From an uncultured virus (IMG/VR IMGVR_UViG_3300031134_000596) (Duplodnaviria > Heunggongvirae > Uroviricota > Caudoviricetes), in the IMG/VR virus record IMGVR_UViG_3300031134_000596: 64,000 bases of DNA, one strand, 5' to 3'. The notes under the pieces are model-generated. The model was not told where the DNA came from and did not search any database. It saw nothing but the letters and a program-made list of their open reading frames with translations. The position numbers were made by a program, and so were the translations under genes. How positions within the stretch are numbered: position 1 is the first letter of the stretch; each line of letters starts with the position of its first letter. Below are positions 19,475 through 30,033 of the stretch, in pieces.

Positions 19475-19957
19475 TTAGTTCTTTTTCTTGGAAGAACGCG
19501 ACTTTCGACCATTTTTGCGGACATCTGCTGATCGAATAGCGGTTTTGCGTTTCCTCAAACGGCTATTATCAGGTCGGGAAGAAGGCTTAGTCTTAGGTGC
19601 GGATGACATAATATCAACCACTGAAGCCAGCCTTCTGGGCGGACCAGCTGCCAACCGAATGAAGCCTTTGTTAGCTAAGCCAACAACGATTTTTTCTGCG
19701 TTGGTTGAGAGGAGAATACTGGGAATAGCATTCTCTTCTACCCAGTCCTCCTGAGCTACGAAAGTCTCCAACTCATCTAACTCTTTTTGTTGAGCAGGAG
19801 ATAATGAGAACCAGAAAGAGTTGCTGGCTGAATCCAAATTAGATGCTGCTACATTCTCTTGTTTGTGGTTCCTGAAACTGCTATAACCAGTAAGAAACCA
19901 GCCTACAACCACGATGAGGATGCAGATAAAAGCGAATAGTAATACAGGGGTTTCCAT
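19475..19957 (-). CDS. membrane-anchored hypothetical protein
   Basis: N-term TM, basic C-terminus. Confidence 0.6.
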   Translation of the reverse strand: METPVLLFAFICILIVVVGWFLTGYSSFRNHKQENVAASNLDSASNSFWFSLSPAQQKELDELETFVAQEDWVEENAIPSILLSTNAEKIVVGLANKGFIRLAAGPPRRLASVVDIMSSAPKTKPSSRPDNSRLRKRKTAIRSADVRKNGRKSRSSKKKN

Positions 19958-19961
19958 GTTT

Positions 19962-20555
19962 TCAGTCCCAGCTAAAAGGTAAGTTGACGGATTCAAGTAC
20001 ACGCACAATCTGCCCATGTTCACCATGTTCGCAGAAAGCCAGCTTCCTGAAAGGAACCCTCATCTGCTCCAGCTCAGGGACAGTAGGAAGTTCATCTACT
20101 TTATCCGCTACTCCTACTGTGAAATGTGGAGAATATGACTCCAAGTTGTAACGGTAACCTGTCTTTTCATAACTGATACGCTCAGCTTCATTACGGAACT
20201 CAGTCTTTTTCGGTGCAGCATCAACATCAATCCAGTCAGCAACTGAGTGGACAATAAGCTCATTCAGTTGTTTCAACCAGCTTGGGTTGGTGACCTCAAA
20301 GAAAAGCCAATGATCGTTGACATATTTCAAAGAACTGAGATTTGCTTTAGGTTCACGATTCAGCAGGTCAGAGTTTTTGAACTCTTCCAGGAAAGGAGTT
20401 GCAGTAAAGCCGGAGCGGATAGGAGCTTGAAGGACTGTGACATGAGGAACAGCTGTATGGTTGTTCAAAGCTAAAGGCTCTCTGAAGTATTTCTGGTTCA
20501 GATGGATGAGCTTAGCTTCAGTCTTCTTGTCAGGGAGTAAAGTAAAACCGTGCAT
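19962..20555 (-). CDS. 2H phosphoesterase family protein
   Basis: two HxT motifs PHVTV and PHFTV. Confidence 0.75.
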   Translation of the reverse strand: MHGFTLLPDKKTEAKLIHLNQKYFREPLALNNHTAVPHVTVLQAPIRSGFTATPFLEEFKNSDLLNREPKANLSSLKYVNDHWLFFEVTNPSWLKQLNELIVHSVADWIDVDAAPKKTEFRNEAERISYEKTGYRYNLESYSPHFTVGVADKVDELPTVPELEQMRVPFRKLAFCEHGEHGQIVRVLESVNLPFSWD

Positions 20556-20673
20556 ACATTCATTATAGGTGCAGTAACCATTCCAGGTGAAGAAAACGTT
20601 GTTCTGGCTTTGAGAACGTGGTATAGTTGGCGTTAGCAGTGCAACTCTGCAATTTAACCGAGAAGGAAATATT

Positions 20674-21255
20674 ATGACACAGAATTACCATACCCTGTCC
20701 ACCCTCACCGCTCTCGCCATCGAAAATAATGTAGACTTCGAAGTCTGGCATGGTGTTACCACTGCTGCAGACCAGCGAACCCGAGCTCACATGATTATCA
20801 GTCCTGCCTACGCTCCCGCTGTTCAGGTGACTTTCGGAGATAAGAAGCACGACCAGCGTGTCTCCCGTTTGGTCCTCGCAAGTGGCGACCTTCAGGTGAA
20901 GCTTGCAGACCTCACTCGCACGATGAGTGAGAACACGGTTCGAAACCGTTGGAAGCATGACCTTCCGACAGAGGACTTCTCCTACCAGAAGAAGTTCGAA
21001 GGTAAGGATGACACAATTGCAATTGACGGTCAGGTTGTCGAGTATCTTGGCAAAGAGGGGATTATTCACTCTTACAAGGTGCTGATGAGGAACTTCATCC
21101 AGACAGCTTCAGGAACCATTGAGGAAGCAAGTCCGAGCGAGTTCCTGTACCAGGACACCATTGTTGTACTGCCTTTAAAGAAGCTCAGAGGTGAGGGCAA
21201 GTACCAGTACCCGAACGTCATTACCGAGTTCCAGGGTACAATCACTGACGATTAA
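20674..21255 (+). CDS. hypothetical protein
   Basis: AAGGA SD, 193 aa. Confidence 0.75.
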   Translation: MTQNYHTLSTLTALAIENNVDFEVWHGVTTAADQRTRAHMIISPAYAPAVQVTFGDKKHDQRVSRLVLASGDLQVKLADLTRTMSENTVRNRWKHDLPTEDFSYQKKFEGKDDTIAIDGQVVEYLGKEGIIHSYKVLMRNFIQTASGTIEEASPSEFLYQDTIVVLPLKKLRGEGKYQYPNVITEFQGTITDD

Positions 21256-21343
21256 CAGCAGGTTCTAAATCTGACTTTAGGCTTCCAGTATGCAGTTTTT
21301 CCTGCTATACTGGAAGCCTAAAGCATTTAAAAGGAGTAATTCC

Positions 21344-22435
21344 ATGGGTAGTTTTGACATTGGTTGTGGTGTAAGCAACCTGCACATTGATTCAGGAAAT
21401 CGTACAGGCGTATATCTCGTATCCACACGCCGGCGGGATCGTTACTCTATCAGAGATACAGAGACTAAACTCTGCTACATCAACAACACTGATGTCTACA
21501 AGCCCATCTTCCCTCCTGTATTCGGAACTTACGATGACTATGGTCAGTTGACCAACATTGAGGACAGCCTGACCACAAAAATGCTGGAGAAGATTTTCAA
21601 CCGTCCTATCCAGGTCATTACGGACTGCATCGGCAACTCTTTCCGAGGTGGGGCTTATGACAGCTCTGGTCCTATCCTGAAAAACTATGGACCTCAGGAC
21701 AATAAGTTGCTGTCAAGCTATTCAGCCAGCACTTCAGACATTCTCAAATCAGTAGGATTCGTCCAAGAATCTGAGGATGTCTACAACTTTGGTAAGTACC
21801 AGCTTGCACTTGTAGGTGGATACAAAGCTCAGGTGAAGAATGCTGAAACTGGCGAGGTTCTTGCTGATAATAGAACCTACAGCTCATCTGGCCCTTTGAA
21901 TGTTTTCAGCGACGCTACAGGTATCTACCCTGGTTTTCAGCCTGAAGACTACGAAGCTGTTGACCTTTTAAACAACTCCAGTGCCATGTTCTTCCTTCCT
22001 TCAATGGTTGAAGGGGTTTATGAAGAAATTCAGAACGAGTACCTGGCTAAGAGAGACCTGGATTATCTTGTGGATGATTGGGAAGGTTTCCAGAAGCAGC
22101 ATGAACCTAAAGAAGAACCTGGTTCTTTCAACTTCTCCCGTCTGGGTGAGCGTGTCTCTGAAACCCTGACGAGGGAGACACATCTTCCTCACCAGTATTT
22201 CTCTGCATTCGCCAATGAGCTCAGCTTGGATGAACTGCTTTCGATTCAGAAATTACTCACTGTTACAACAGCTGTGAATCGTATGATTCAGCCTTCCTAC
22301 TGTGGTGAACAGAATGGAAACGACGAAGCTTCTTTGGCTTTGAGTAAGCTGTCGGTAGCGTTCCTTGAAGCTCGCAGAGCAGAATGGGATGAAGAAAACG
22401 GTGAATATTATGATGAAGATGGTGACGAAGACTGA
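21344..22435 (+). CDS. hypothetical phage-like protein
   Basis: AAGGAG SD; MGSFDIGCGVSNL..PVFGTYDDYG. Confidence 0.75.
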   Translation: MGSFDIGCGVSNLHIDSGNRTGVYLVSTRRRDRYSIRDTETKLCYINNTDVYKPIFPPVFGTYDDYGQLTNIEDSLTTKMLEKIFNRPIQVITDCIGNSFRGGAYDSSGPILKNYGPQDNKLLSSYSASTSDILKSVGFVQESEDVYNFGKYQLALVGGYKAQVKNAETGEVLADNRTYSSSGPLNVFSDATGIYPGFQPEDYEAVDLLNNSSAMFFLPSMVEGVYEEIQNEYLAKRDLDYLVDDWEGFQKQHEPKEEPGSFNFSRLGERVSETLTRETHLPHQYFSAFANELSLDELLSIQKLLTVTTAVNRMIQPSYCGEQNGNDEASLALSKLSVAFLEARRAEWDEENGEYYDEDGDED

Positions 22436-22436
22436 A

Positions 22437-22862
22437 TTATCGTAGTTGATTACGGTTGTAGCTTTGGTCTTGCAAAAATAGCAAATCAGCTATGATACGG
22501 TTCACGTTTTCTCGGTTCACATCCAGCTTCTCCAGGAGAAGTTCTTTGGTGTTGGTTATTCTCAACGTGTAAATTTCGCAACCGAAAAGAACTGCGTTGA
22601 ATACTTCTGAAATGCACCCACGAGCTTCAATCCAGTTGCCAAACAGGACCAGCACGTCAGCTTCAGTAAGGGCGTTCATCTGCTCTCTGAAGCCGTTAGA
22701 AGGCTTCCCAGTGAACCTGGGGTCATCGTAGGTCACTGATGACGGATTGAAGATGTTTGTGTATCCTGCTGACTTTAATGTTGCTTCGGTGACGTTGAAA
22801 GCATCAGTTGACAAGTCATTGTTCATTGACCCTGAAAGGTAGATGCGGGAGTTTGTTTTCAT
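22437..22862 (-). CDS. DUF4406 / nucleoside deoxyribosyltransferase-like protein
   Basis: IYLSGSM..FN..FNP..ADVL..W..ARGC..E. Confidence 0.7.
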   Translation of the reverse strand: MKTNSRIYLSGSMNNDLSTDAFNVTEATLKSAGYTNIFNPSSVTYDDPRFTGKPSNGFREQMNALTEADVLVLFGNWIEARGCISEVFNAVLFGCEIYTLRITNTKELLLEKLDVNRENVNRIIADLLFLQDQSYNRNQLR

Positions 22863-23698
22863 TTCGAAAGTCTACCTGCTTCAATGTCTGCCCAGGTGGG
22901 TGTCACTAAGTCAGCTCGGACATCATAGTGTTCAGGCTTCCAGTCATAGTCAAGCATGCTGTTTCGTGTGTTCTCAGCACGGTCGAACAGCTTTTTCTCC
23001 CAAGTCAAACGAACGAATAGTCTGGACCCATCTCGTGCGTTACCGCCGGCTTCATGCACAGCGTAAGCATCGAAGAAGTAGAACATCTTTTCTTCAGCGA
23101 TTCCATACACTGGATTGCCGTCATCGTCTTTAGCTACTTGAAGGTCGAAACCTTCAAACACGTTGAACTTGCTTGCATCTAAGTTAGCTACAAAAGGCTG
23201 TGGGTAATATCTGGTCCCACCATTGGTGACTGCCACATACGAACGTGAAGTTTTTGTTCGTTCAGCGACACGCACTCCTTGAAACCCGTCAGTGTGACAA
23301 CCAGCATGACGCTGCTGTTCACCTGCAGTCAGGAAAGGCGTGTAATGCACACTCAGGTAGGTGTAATATTCTTGCCAATTGGGATTGTTGGTGTGTTCGA
23401 TGTCAATGATGTCTTGCAAAGCAGGTACCAATCCGACCCAGTTGTCAGGGATCGAATACTCTGTATCTCCTGCCATCCGCACTGGCATGTCTAAACAGTC
23501 AGCAACTTGGGCGTCAAACTCTTTCTCGTTTTCAATTCCCAGAACCGGTACTGGAGCATGGATTTCAGTTTCATGGTACAAAACATCGAATGGACGTTCA
23601 TCTTCTTTGATGTCGTCAACCACCCACATCACGTGAGGTTCTGCGGTGAGAACAGTACCAGTGGAAAGGGAGCGTGCAGGACGTTGAACAAAACTCAT
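22859..23698 (-). CDS. 2OG-Fe(II) oxygenase-like protein
   Basis: QQRHAGCHTDGFQG (HxD), VHE, RLFVRLTW. Confidence 0.6.
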   Translation of the reverse strand: MSFVQRPARSLSTGTVLTAEPHVMWVVDDIKEDERPFDVLYHETEIHAPVPVLGIENEKEFDAQVADCLDMPVRMAGDTEYSIPDNWVGLVPALQDIIDIEHTNNPNWQEYYTYLSVHYTPFLTAGEQQRHAGCHTDGFQGVRVAERTKTSRSYVAVTNGGTRYYPQPFVANLDASKFNVFEGFDLQVAKDDDGNPVYGIAEEKMFYFFDAYAVHEAGGNARDGSRLFVRLTWEKKLFDRAENTRNSMLDYDWKPEHYDVRADLVTPTWADIEAGRLSK

Positions 23699-23806
23699 AA
23701 TAGAATTCTTATCGGGTCTCGATTGCCGTTTAAACAGCTGACATGAACCATCCTCAGCATATTTGAAGGATAGCCCACGTCAGGGTTGTTACGCAAAGCT
23801 CGTTTT

Positions 23807-24022
23807 TTAGTTTACAGTCTCTCCACCGTAGATTTCGAACCCCTCGCCACCCTCTTCTTCCTGGTAGTCACTTTCGAGTTCAGTAATGAAAGTGTTGGTG
23901 TCTCCAGTGCTGTCAATGTCAATCTTGTCAGCAACCTCTTCAGCCTTCTCCCGACTAAAAGGTCCGTAAACATTGACGCTTCCGCCTTCGTCCACTGCAA
24001 CGACTACAGTTTTGTTCGCCAT
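23807..24022 (-). CDS. small acidic hypothetical protein
   Basis: GGAG SD; VYGPF motif. Confidence 0.6.
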   Translation of the reverse strand: MANKTVVVAVDEGGSVNVYGPFSREKAEEVADKIDIDSTGDTNTFITELESDYQEEEGGEGFEIYGGETVN

Positions 24023-24099
24023 GATGTATGTCTCCAAAAAATAGTGAGGGTAGAACCGAATCAGTTCTACCCTCACTATACTACAACGCTACTGAATTA

Positions 24100-25212
24100 T
24101 CAAGGCACGTAAGTGTATGATGTTGCCCAGTCAACCTGAAGGTTTCCCTTCAAGGAAGGGTCTGGAATTCGGGCGTTCCATGTTTCTGTTTCAGCCTGTA
24201 AAGTCCAACGGAAATCAGTGCTTGGGGACTTTGTGGTGTAGTTCACCAATTCACCATCCCAGTACCATTTGACTCCAGAAGGAGTCCATTCAGTGGTGGC
24301 TACATGCCAGTTTGTAGCGTTTGTTTTAGAGAAAATTTCCTGAGCAGGTTCGAAATTCATGCCAGAGTTTGTGAGAGTGCCTGGTACAGCCAAACCTGGA
24401 CGCATGTGACCGTCAAGGTTTCCTTCTGGCCAGTCAATTTCTCCTTCGTTCCAGTTATCACTACTTGGCCACTGCATGAACGCAATTTTGTAACCAACGA
24501 GTGTGTCTGAGCGGAAACGAATCGAGTAACGACCATAGGTTTGTCCTTTGTAGTCGTTCAATACAGGAGTTGCAACTAAAGGTCGACCGTTCTCGGTGTG
24601 AAGGTTGTAGTTCAGCATTCCGTTTGATGTGGTGAGTACTTTATCAGGAGCATAGGTGCCGTTTCCTGAAGTGTCATTGAATCCATCGTAACCTCGCATG
24701 GAGGCTCCGTATACTTCATCAATCTGACCCAGCCCAGCATTTTTGGTAAAGTCTTCTTTGAAGTTCTGCTTCCAGTTAGGCAAATCTCCAACTGGCATCG
24801 TGGTACTGACTGACGTTGTGGGGGCTTTCACCGTGAACTGCTTTTTAGTACCTTCCCACCATACGTTCTGATACTGAACACAAGGGAAATACGTGTAGGT
24901 TCCAGGAGAGAAAGACTTAGATGCTTTTGCTACGGTTCCAGTGGTGGTGATTGCAATTTTCTGCTGGGAGGCGAAATCCAGGTTTCGGTTGCTACTGTCA
25001 CGAACACAAACGCCGTAGTTTTGTGTGGTGACTTTCTGTGTTGATTTCACAACAGCTGCAACGGAAACGTTGAGACCTGAAACAGTGGCACTGGATGACA
25101 CTGTGGTGAATCGTGCTGCTGCGTTAGCTGGTGCCGCACCTGTAACAAGAAGGGCAGGGAGCATAATGGCAGTAGCGAGGGTAAATAGAATTTTTCGTTT
25201 TTGCGAGTTCAC
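24100..25212 (-). CDS. secreted glycoside hydrolase family 16 protein
   Basis: signal peptide (APANA), YGRYSIRFR, GEIDWPEG catalytic motif, WHVATTEWTP. Confidence 0.85.
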   Translation of the reverse strand: MNSQKRKILFTLATAIMLPALLVTGAAPANAAARFTTVSSSATVSGLNVSVAAVVKSTQKVTTQNYGVCVRDSSNRNLDFASQQKIAITTTGTVAKASKSFSPGTYTYFPCVQYQNVWWEGTKKQFTVKAPTTSVSTTMPVGDLPNWKQNFKEDFTKNAGLGQIDEVYGASMRGYDGFNDTSGNGTYAPDKVLTTSNGMLNYNLHTENGRPLVATPVLNDYKGQTYGRYSIRFRSDTLVGYKIAFMQWPSSDNWNEGEIDWPEGNLDGHMRPGLAVPGTLTNSGMNFEPAQEIFSKTNATNWHVATTEWTPSGVKWYWDGELVNYTTKSPSTDFRWTLQAETETWNARIPDPSLKGNLQVDWATSYTYVP

Positions 25213-25342
25213 GGGTGTCCTTTTCTCGGGTTATTGAACTTATCTGTAGATTACCCCATTATGAGGGTCAATGTCAAAACGGTTTTCCGTAAACGTACAT
25301 ATAACTATGGTATTTGTATCGAAATCATGGTAGAATAATAAT

Positions 25343-25906
25343 ATGCCTCACATTCATACAGCCCCTGGACAGCATGATCTAACAGCTTCGGCGTATATCT
25401 TCAAGAAGAGTCCTGAAGAAGCCGATCACCGCCTTCTTCTTCACATGCACAAAAAGGTGAAGAAACTCATGCAGCCAGGTGGTCATGTCGAGTTAGATGA
25501 AAGTCCTTGGCAGTCGATTCAGCATGAACTGTTAGAAGAAACAGGTTATGAACTCACTCAGTTGAGTTTGATGCAGCCAGCACATTTGACTCATATCATC
25601 TTGTCTAACCCTAAAGTGACTGTTCACCCTTATCCTCTCATCATGAACACTCATGAAGTGAACGACGGTCACAATGTTCACGCACACAACCATACAGATG
25701 TTAGCTACATGTTCTTCACAGAACAGGAGCCTTTGCATCTTCCTGGTGAAGGTGAATCTCAGGATTTGCGTTGGATGACCAAAGAAAACATCCAAGCTTT
25801 GACTTATGATGAAATTAGCTCGGTTGCGTGTGAAGTCAGTTTGGCAGCGTTCGCCATGCTTGAATCAAACCTTTGGTCTCCAACAAAGTTGGATCTTTTC
25901 AACTGA
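25343..25906 (+). CDS. NUDIX hydrolase
   Basis: QPGGHVELDESPWQSIQHELLEETG Nudix box; leaderless TAGAAT-N6-ATG. Confidence 0.88.
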   Translation: MPHIHTAPGQHDLTASAYIFKKSPEEADHRLLLHMHKKVKKLMQPGGHVELDESPWQSIQHELLEETGYELTQLSLMQPAHLTHIILSNPKVTVHPYPLIMNTHEVNDGHNVHAHNHTDVSYMFFTEQEPLHLPGEGESQDLRWMTKENIQALTYDEISSVACEVSLAAFAMLESNLWSPTKLDLFN

Positions 25907-25967
25907 CAAAACAAGGTCTGACCAGCAATTATGGTAGAATTATAGTACGAAAACAAACTCTCAAAGG

Positions 25968-26306
25968 ATGATTATGGCTGAAGATGTTGTATTAGATGAA
26001 CTGACCGAACTCTTAACTGATGATTATTACGAGCTTTCCACGAAAGGCGACAAGATTGAGGCAGAGAAAAGTTCTGGCTTCTTTGAAACTGTTGCCGTAA
26101 TCGAAGGCGATGACCGTCGTTGGGTACGAACAAATACAGTTATTACCTTACTTCCTGATGGTCGCTATGTTTCCTGGACATATGACCATGGTCTGACTGA
26201 ATCTCAAGACAACACTGGTCCTGCCGAGTATGGTAAGCCTGAGTATACTTTTGTCACTCCACGCGAAGTAGTCGTAACGACTACAGTCTGGGACGAAGTT
26301 TCCTGA
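25968..26306 (+). CDS. hypothetical phage-like protein
   Basis: acidic ORF, GLTESQD motif. Confidence 0.7.
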   Translation: MIMAEDVVLDELTELLTDDYYELSTKGDKIEAEKSSGFFETVAVIEGDDRRWVRTNTVITLLPDGRYVSWTYDHGLTESQDNTGPAEYGKPEYTFVTPREVVVTTTVWDEVS

Positions 26307-26359
26307 AAATAGAAGAAGCCCCGCAACAGTATGAGTTACGGGGCTTCTTCTATATGGAA

Positions 26360-26812
26360 TTACCTGTGGTTGATGATGATTTCATCACCGTTCATGAGTA
26401 GAACATGGTCGGGGAGGTTCACCAGCTGACCTTCATACAGGCTGATTGCAACTGCAACACTCACTTCGATGTCTTCGAGTTTCAGAGCTGGAATGGTGTA
26501 CTGTGTGGCGAACGCCTGCTTGCGGAACAGAGTGTCTTTCTCGATGCTGGCAGTGTAAAGTTCTGTCACCCACTTACGAACACCCACGTTTGCTGCACCA
26601 GAGAGCAGAAGCAGCCAGACGATGAAAGCCGCAACGCTGTTCATCACAATCAGACCAAGAATGATGCTGGCAACTGCAACCACAGCCCCGACCAGGCTTG
26701 CACGCTGCACGAGGTTGATACTGGCAACACGTGAGGCTCGACCAGCAAAGTCGAATGGCGAACTTTCGACATTGATTGTAGTCGTCTCTTTATCCTGCGA
26801 AATAATGTTCAT
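26360..26812 (-). CDS. membrane protein
   Basis: two TM segments; GAGGAG SD. Confidence 0.7.
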   Translation of the reverse strand: MNIISQDKETTTINVESSPFDFAGRASRVASINLVQRASLVGAVVAVASIILGLIVMNSVAAFIVWLLLLSGAANVGVRKWVTELYTASIEKDTLFRKQAFATQYTIPALKLEDIEVSVAVAISLYEGQLVNLPDHVLLMNGDEIIINHR

Positions 26813-26940
26813 TTTTCTCCTCTAAAACCTTTGTCAACCATAAGTGTTACGAACAGAATGATAGTAACAGAAGCCCCTCCAGAATGCAACTGGTACAGCT
26901 TCTGGTTGACAAGAGGAAAGGTTCGGAGTAGAGTTCAGAA

Positions 26941-27222
26941 ATGAACGATTTCATCTACATCATCCAGCGGTATTTTGACCCGCTTATGTCGAACAATAAC
27001 ATCATTCTCGTCGGACTGGTTTTCGAAGAGGAGGAAGCTATCAGCATCGCTGAGGGCATTGACAGCTACTACAGCCCGAGTGTCCACCGTGTTCCTCTGA
27101 ATATCTTCGAAGGTCCTGATGGCACGAACCTGGCGAACCGTGAGAGCGAAATCTACGGTTACCGAAAGGCAGCTGACGGCGGCTGGCGTTGTGGGCGGAT
27201 TCTCAACGGCGTTGCTGTCTGA
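26941..27222 (+). CDS. hypothetical protein
   Basis: 93-aa ORF, TGATG coupling to next gene. Confidence 0.65.
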   Translation: MNDFIYIIQRYFDPLMSNNNIILVGLVFEEEEAISIAEGIDSYYSPSVHRVPLNIFEGPDGTNLANRESEIYGYRKAADGGWRCGRILNGVAV

Positions 27223-27689
27223 TGCGTAAAGTTGATGTTCAGACCCCTGAGATGACTGAACTACTTGCTGTTGCTCCTCTTATGGACAAAGTAGGTGAGG
27301 TTATCGCCCGACAGGTTGAGGTGCTCACCCCGGTCTCCACAGTTATCAACGGTGAGTTTGTTGAAACAGAGAACTTCGCCCAGCCAGGTGACTTCATCGT
27401 CACCAACCCTGGCGGAGAAGACTATGTGCTCACAGAAGCTAATTTCTGGACACGTTACAACGCTAGTGAGCGCCATGGAATCTATGTCCCTAAGGGTTCG
27501 ATTCGGGTGATTCCGAATCCTTATAACGATGATATTGAGATTGACGCTCCTTGGGGCGCCCCGCAGTTCGGTGAGAAGGACTGTTACATTGCTGTGTCCA
27601 TCACTTCAGACATCAACGATATCAGCACTGACCGCTACATCATCGCTGCTGATGCTCTGGCTGAAACTTACGCTTTTCGTTCCAACTAA
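27222..27689 (+). CDS. PGDYG-like domain protein
   Basis: AQPGDFIVTNPGGEDY, APWG. Confidence 0.6.
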   Translation: MRKVDVQTPEMTELLAVAPLMDKVGEVIARQVEVLTPVSTVINGEFVETENFAQPGDFIVTNPGGEDYVLTEANFWTRYNASERHGIYVPKGSIRVIPNPYNDDIEIDAPWGAPQFGEKDCYIAVSITSDINDISTDRYIIAADALAETYAFRSN

Positions 27690-27795
27690 GTAACCGAGAA
27701 GGACCTTCCTGAATAGGTGAAGGTCCTTCTCTCTTTTAAGGCTCATTTCCGGCAAGATCAGGTATTATTGTAGTACAAGAAAAGGAACGACATAC

Positions 27796-28326
27796 ATGAC
27801 TATCGTAGCTATCACAGGACACCGCCCAGAGAAAATTTTGAACCAAGACTGGGTTCATAAAACGTTAGCTGGCGTACTTCAGGAACTTGAACCTGAGAAG
27901 CTTATCCAAGGAATGGCTGCCGGCGTTGACTTGCTCTCCGCTGTAGTTGCCCATGAATGCGGTATTCCTTTCCTTTCAGCTCGTCCCTGGGCAGGTCACT
28001 CTCCTCGCGTGCAGGACAGCAACTTATACGCCTGGGCAATTGACAACTCTGCTGAAGTTGTGAACGTTGACCCAGCCCAGCATTACGCTGGACCTTGGGT
28101 TTACCAGAAACGTAACGAATACATGGTGGACCATGCAACCATTGTTGTTGCTGTGTGGGATGGAACGTCAGGTGGTACGAAGAACTGTGTCATGTATGCC
28201 AAACGCAGGAAAGTTCCTTTGGTTGTCATCAACCCTGAAACGATGACTGTTACTTACCCTGCTGGGCATGGACCTAATGCCAAGCCTGTGGAACCTGTTG
28301 AGGACGAAGCGAACTTCTTGTTCTAA
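27796..28326 (+). CDS. SLOG/YspA-like protein
   Basis: AITGHRP, QGMAAGVD, QKRNEYMVDH, AVWDGTSGGT. Confidence 0.85.
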   Translation: MTIVAITGHRPEKILNQDWVHKTLAGVLQELEPEKLIQGMAAGVDLLSAVVAHECGIPFLSARPWAGHSPRVQDSNLYAWAIDNSAEVVNVDPAQHYAGPWVYQKRNEYMVDHATIVVAVWDGTSGGTKNCVMYAKRRKVPLVVINPETMTVTYPAGHGPNAKPVEPVEDEANFLF

Positions 28327-28390
28327 ACAGCTATAAAGTGTGATAGAATGAGGCATGTAAGCAAGCCAGCTTTTATGTTAGGAAAAAATC

Positions 28391-28918
28391 ATGACATTCG
28401 ACCACACTCTTTACCTGGACTTCGATGGAGTTCTGAACGCTGTCGAACCTCAGCATGACAAGGTTGAGAACTTCGTCATCAAGATTGAGAACAGCCTTAA
28501 CTTCCTGCCTGAAACTTTCATTGTGTACTCCCCAAACGTGGTTGAGACTCTTGAGCGTCTTCGTGAGCAGTACAAGATGGAGCTGGTGTGGCTGACTACC
28601 TGGAATGAGAACAACACTGTCCTCCGTCTTGCCGAGCATCTCAAAGGTCTGGACCATGGTCGTGTTCTGCCTGCGAATCTTCACACTGCCAAAGTTGGTA
28701 AGCGTGAATGGACTCAGTGGAAAGCTGAAGCTATCCTTGAAGACCAGAAGGCTTCTGAGCGTCCTTTCATCTGGGTTGATGACAATGCTCACAAGTACTG
28801 GGGTGAGGCTGTCAATGAAGGCACGGTGGCTTCCAGCCTCTTTGTGACACCGAACTCCACCTGGGGTCTTACCAAGAACAACCTTGACAAAATGGAGCAG
28901 TTCCTTAGCCAGAACTGA
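28391..28918 (+). CDS. HAD-superfamily protein (RNA-repair HAD type)
   Basis: LDFDGVLN, WLTTW, FIWVDD. Confidence 0.85.
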   Translation: MTFDHTLYLDFDGVLNAVEPQHDKVENFVIKIENSLNFLPETFIVYSPNVVETLERLREQYKMELVWLTTWNENNTVLRLAEHLKGLDHGRVLPANLHTAKVGKREWTQWKAEAILEDQKASERPFIWVDDNAHKYWGEAVNEGTVASSLFVTPNSTWGLTKNNLDKMEQFLSQN

Positions 28919-28926
28919 AAAATCTT

Positions 28927-29535
28927 ATGATGCATTTCACTTCAGACCACCATGCGGGTCACACAAACATCCTTCATCTGGGTGATGGTCGAGACTTCAA
29001 AAGCATCAGCCATATGCATGCAGAGATTATCAACAGGCACAACAGTGTAGTTGGTTTCGATGATGATGTGTACTTCCTTGGTGACATTGCTATGGGCACT
29101 CTGGAAGACTCACTGAAAATCTTCTCAGGAATGATGGGCAACAAGTTCCTCATCCCTGGCAACCATGAGAAGATTTTCAGTGGGACTAACTCCAAGACTC
29201 GAATTCAGACATATACCCCTGTCTATGAAGATGCAGGGTTTACTGTCCTGCCCGAAAACACTTCAGTTGTGATTGACGGCCAAGAAGTTCTTCTTAGTCA
29301 TTTTCCTTACTCCGAGAAACTGTTCAATAAAACACAGACAGACAAGTTTGCTAAGAACCGTCCTGTAGATACAGGTCTTCCGCTTATTCATGGTCACACT
29401 CATCAGCGTCACCAGCATCAGGATGACAGAAAACGCATGTTCCATGTTGGAATGGATTCAACCAATTTCACTCCTGTGTCGGAAGTTGAAATCATTGACT
29501 GGTTAAACCGCCTTAGGTCGAATAAGATTCTCTGA
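28927..29535 (+). CDS. calcineurin-like metallophosphoesterase
   Basis: FTSDHHAGH, LGDI, PGNHE, HGHTH. Confidence 0.88.
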   Translation: MMHFTSDHHAGHTNILHLGDGRDFKSISHMHAEIINRHNSVVGFDDDVYFLGDIAMGTLEDSLKIFSGMMGNKFLIPGNHEKIFSGTNSKTRIQTYTPVYEDAGFTVLPENTSVVIDGQEVLLSHFPYSEKLFNKTQTDKFAKNRPVDTGLPLIHGHTHQRHQHQDDRKRMFHVGMDSTNFTPVSEVEIIDWLNRLRSNKIL

Positions 29536-29922
29536 CCTTTTAGCTGGCACAAGGATGTTCTGAGTCAGCTCTGCAGGCACTTTATCCATGTCGAATTCTT
29601 TGAGACTGCCATCCCTGTTCTTCCCTAAAGTTCGAACGTAGGCTTTCTTGGTTTGATTCCAGATGATGTAATCACCTACACTGACAACAGTGTGAGTATA
29701 GTAATCAATCGAATCTCCATAAGCAGAAACACCTTTCTGCCAGGTGATTGAATTTCCGTCTTTGCTGAGCTCCATCGAGTGAGGTGCAGGACCACCGACG
29801 AAATGAAGAAGCCGACTGTTTGATTTTTGATTCTTTAGCAACTCAACCAAATCTTCTTTGGATTCAACGTAAGCAACACGGATTCGGGGCAGTTCGATAG
29901 TGTAAGAAGCAATCTCTTTCAT
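29503..29922 (-). CDS. hypothetical protein
   Basis: open frame, start uncertain. Confidence 0.6.
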   Translation of the reverse strand: MKEIASYTIELPRIRVAYVESKEDLVELLKNQKSNSRLLHFVGGPAPHSMELSKDGNSITWQKGVSAYGDSIDYYTHTVVSVGDYIIWNQTKKAYVRTLGKNRDGSLKEFDMDKVPAELTQNILVPAKRSENLIRPKAV

Positions 29923-30033
29923 GATTTCTTTCATGTAGGGTTGGTTAACAAGCATACCAAGAGGTGAACCATCATTGAACTTTTTGATGTTTCTTGGTAT
30001 AATTGAACCACCTCACATGACGAAAGATTGCTT

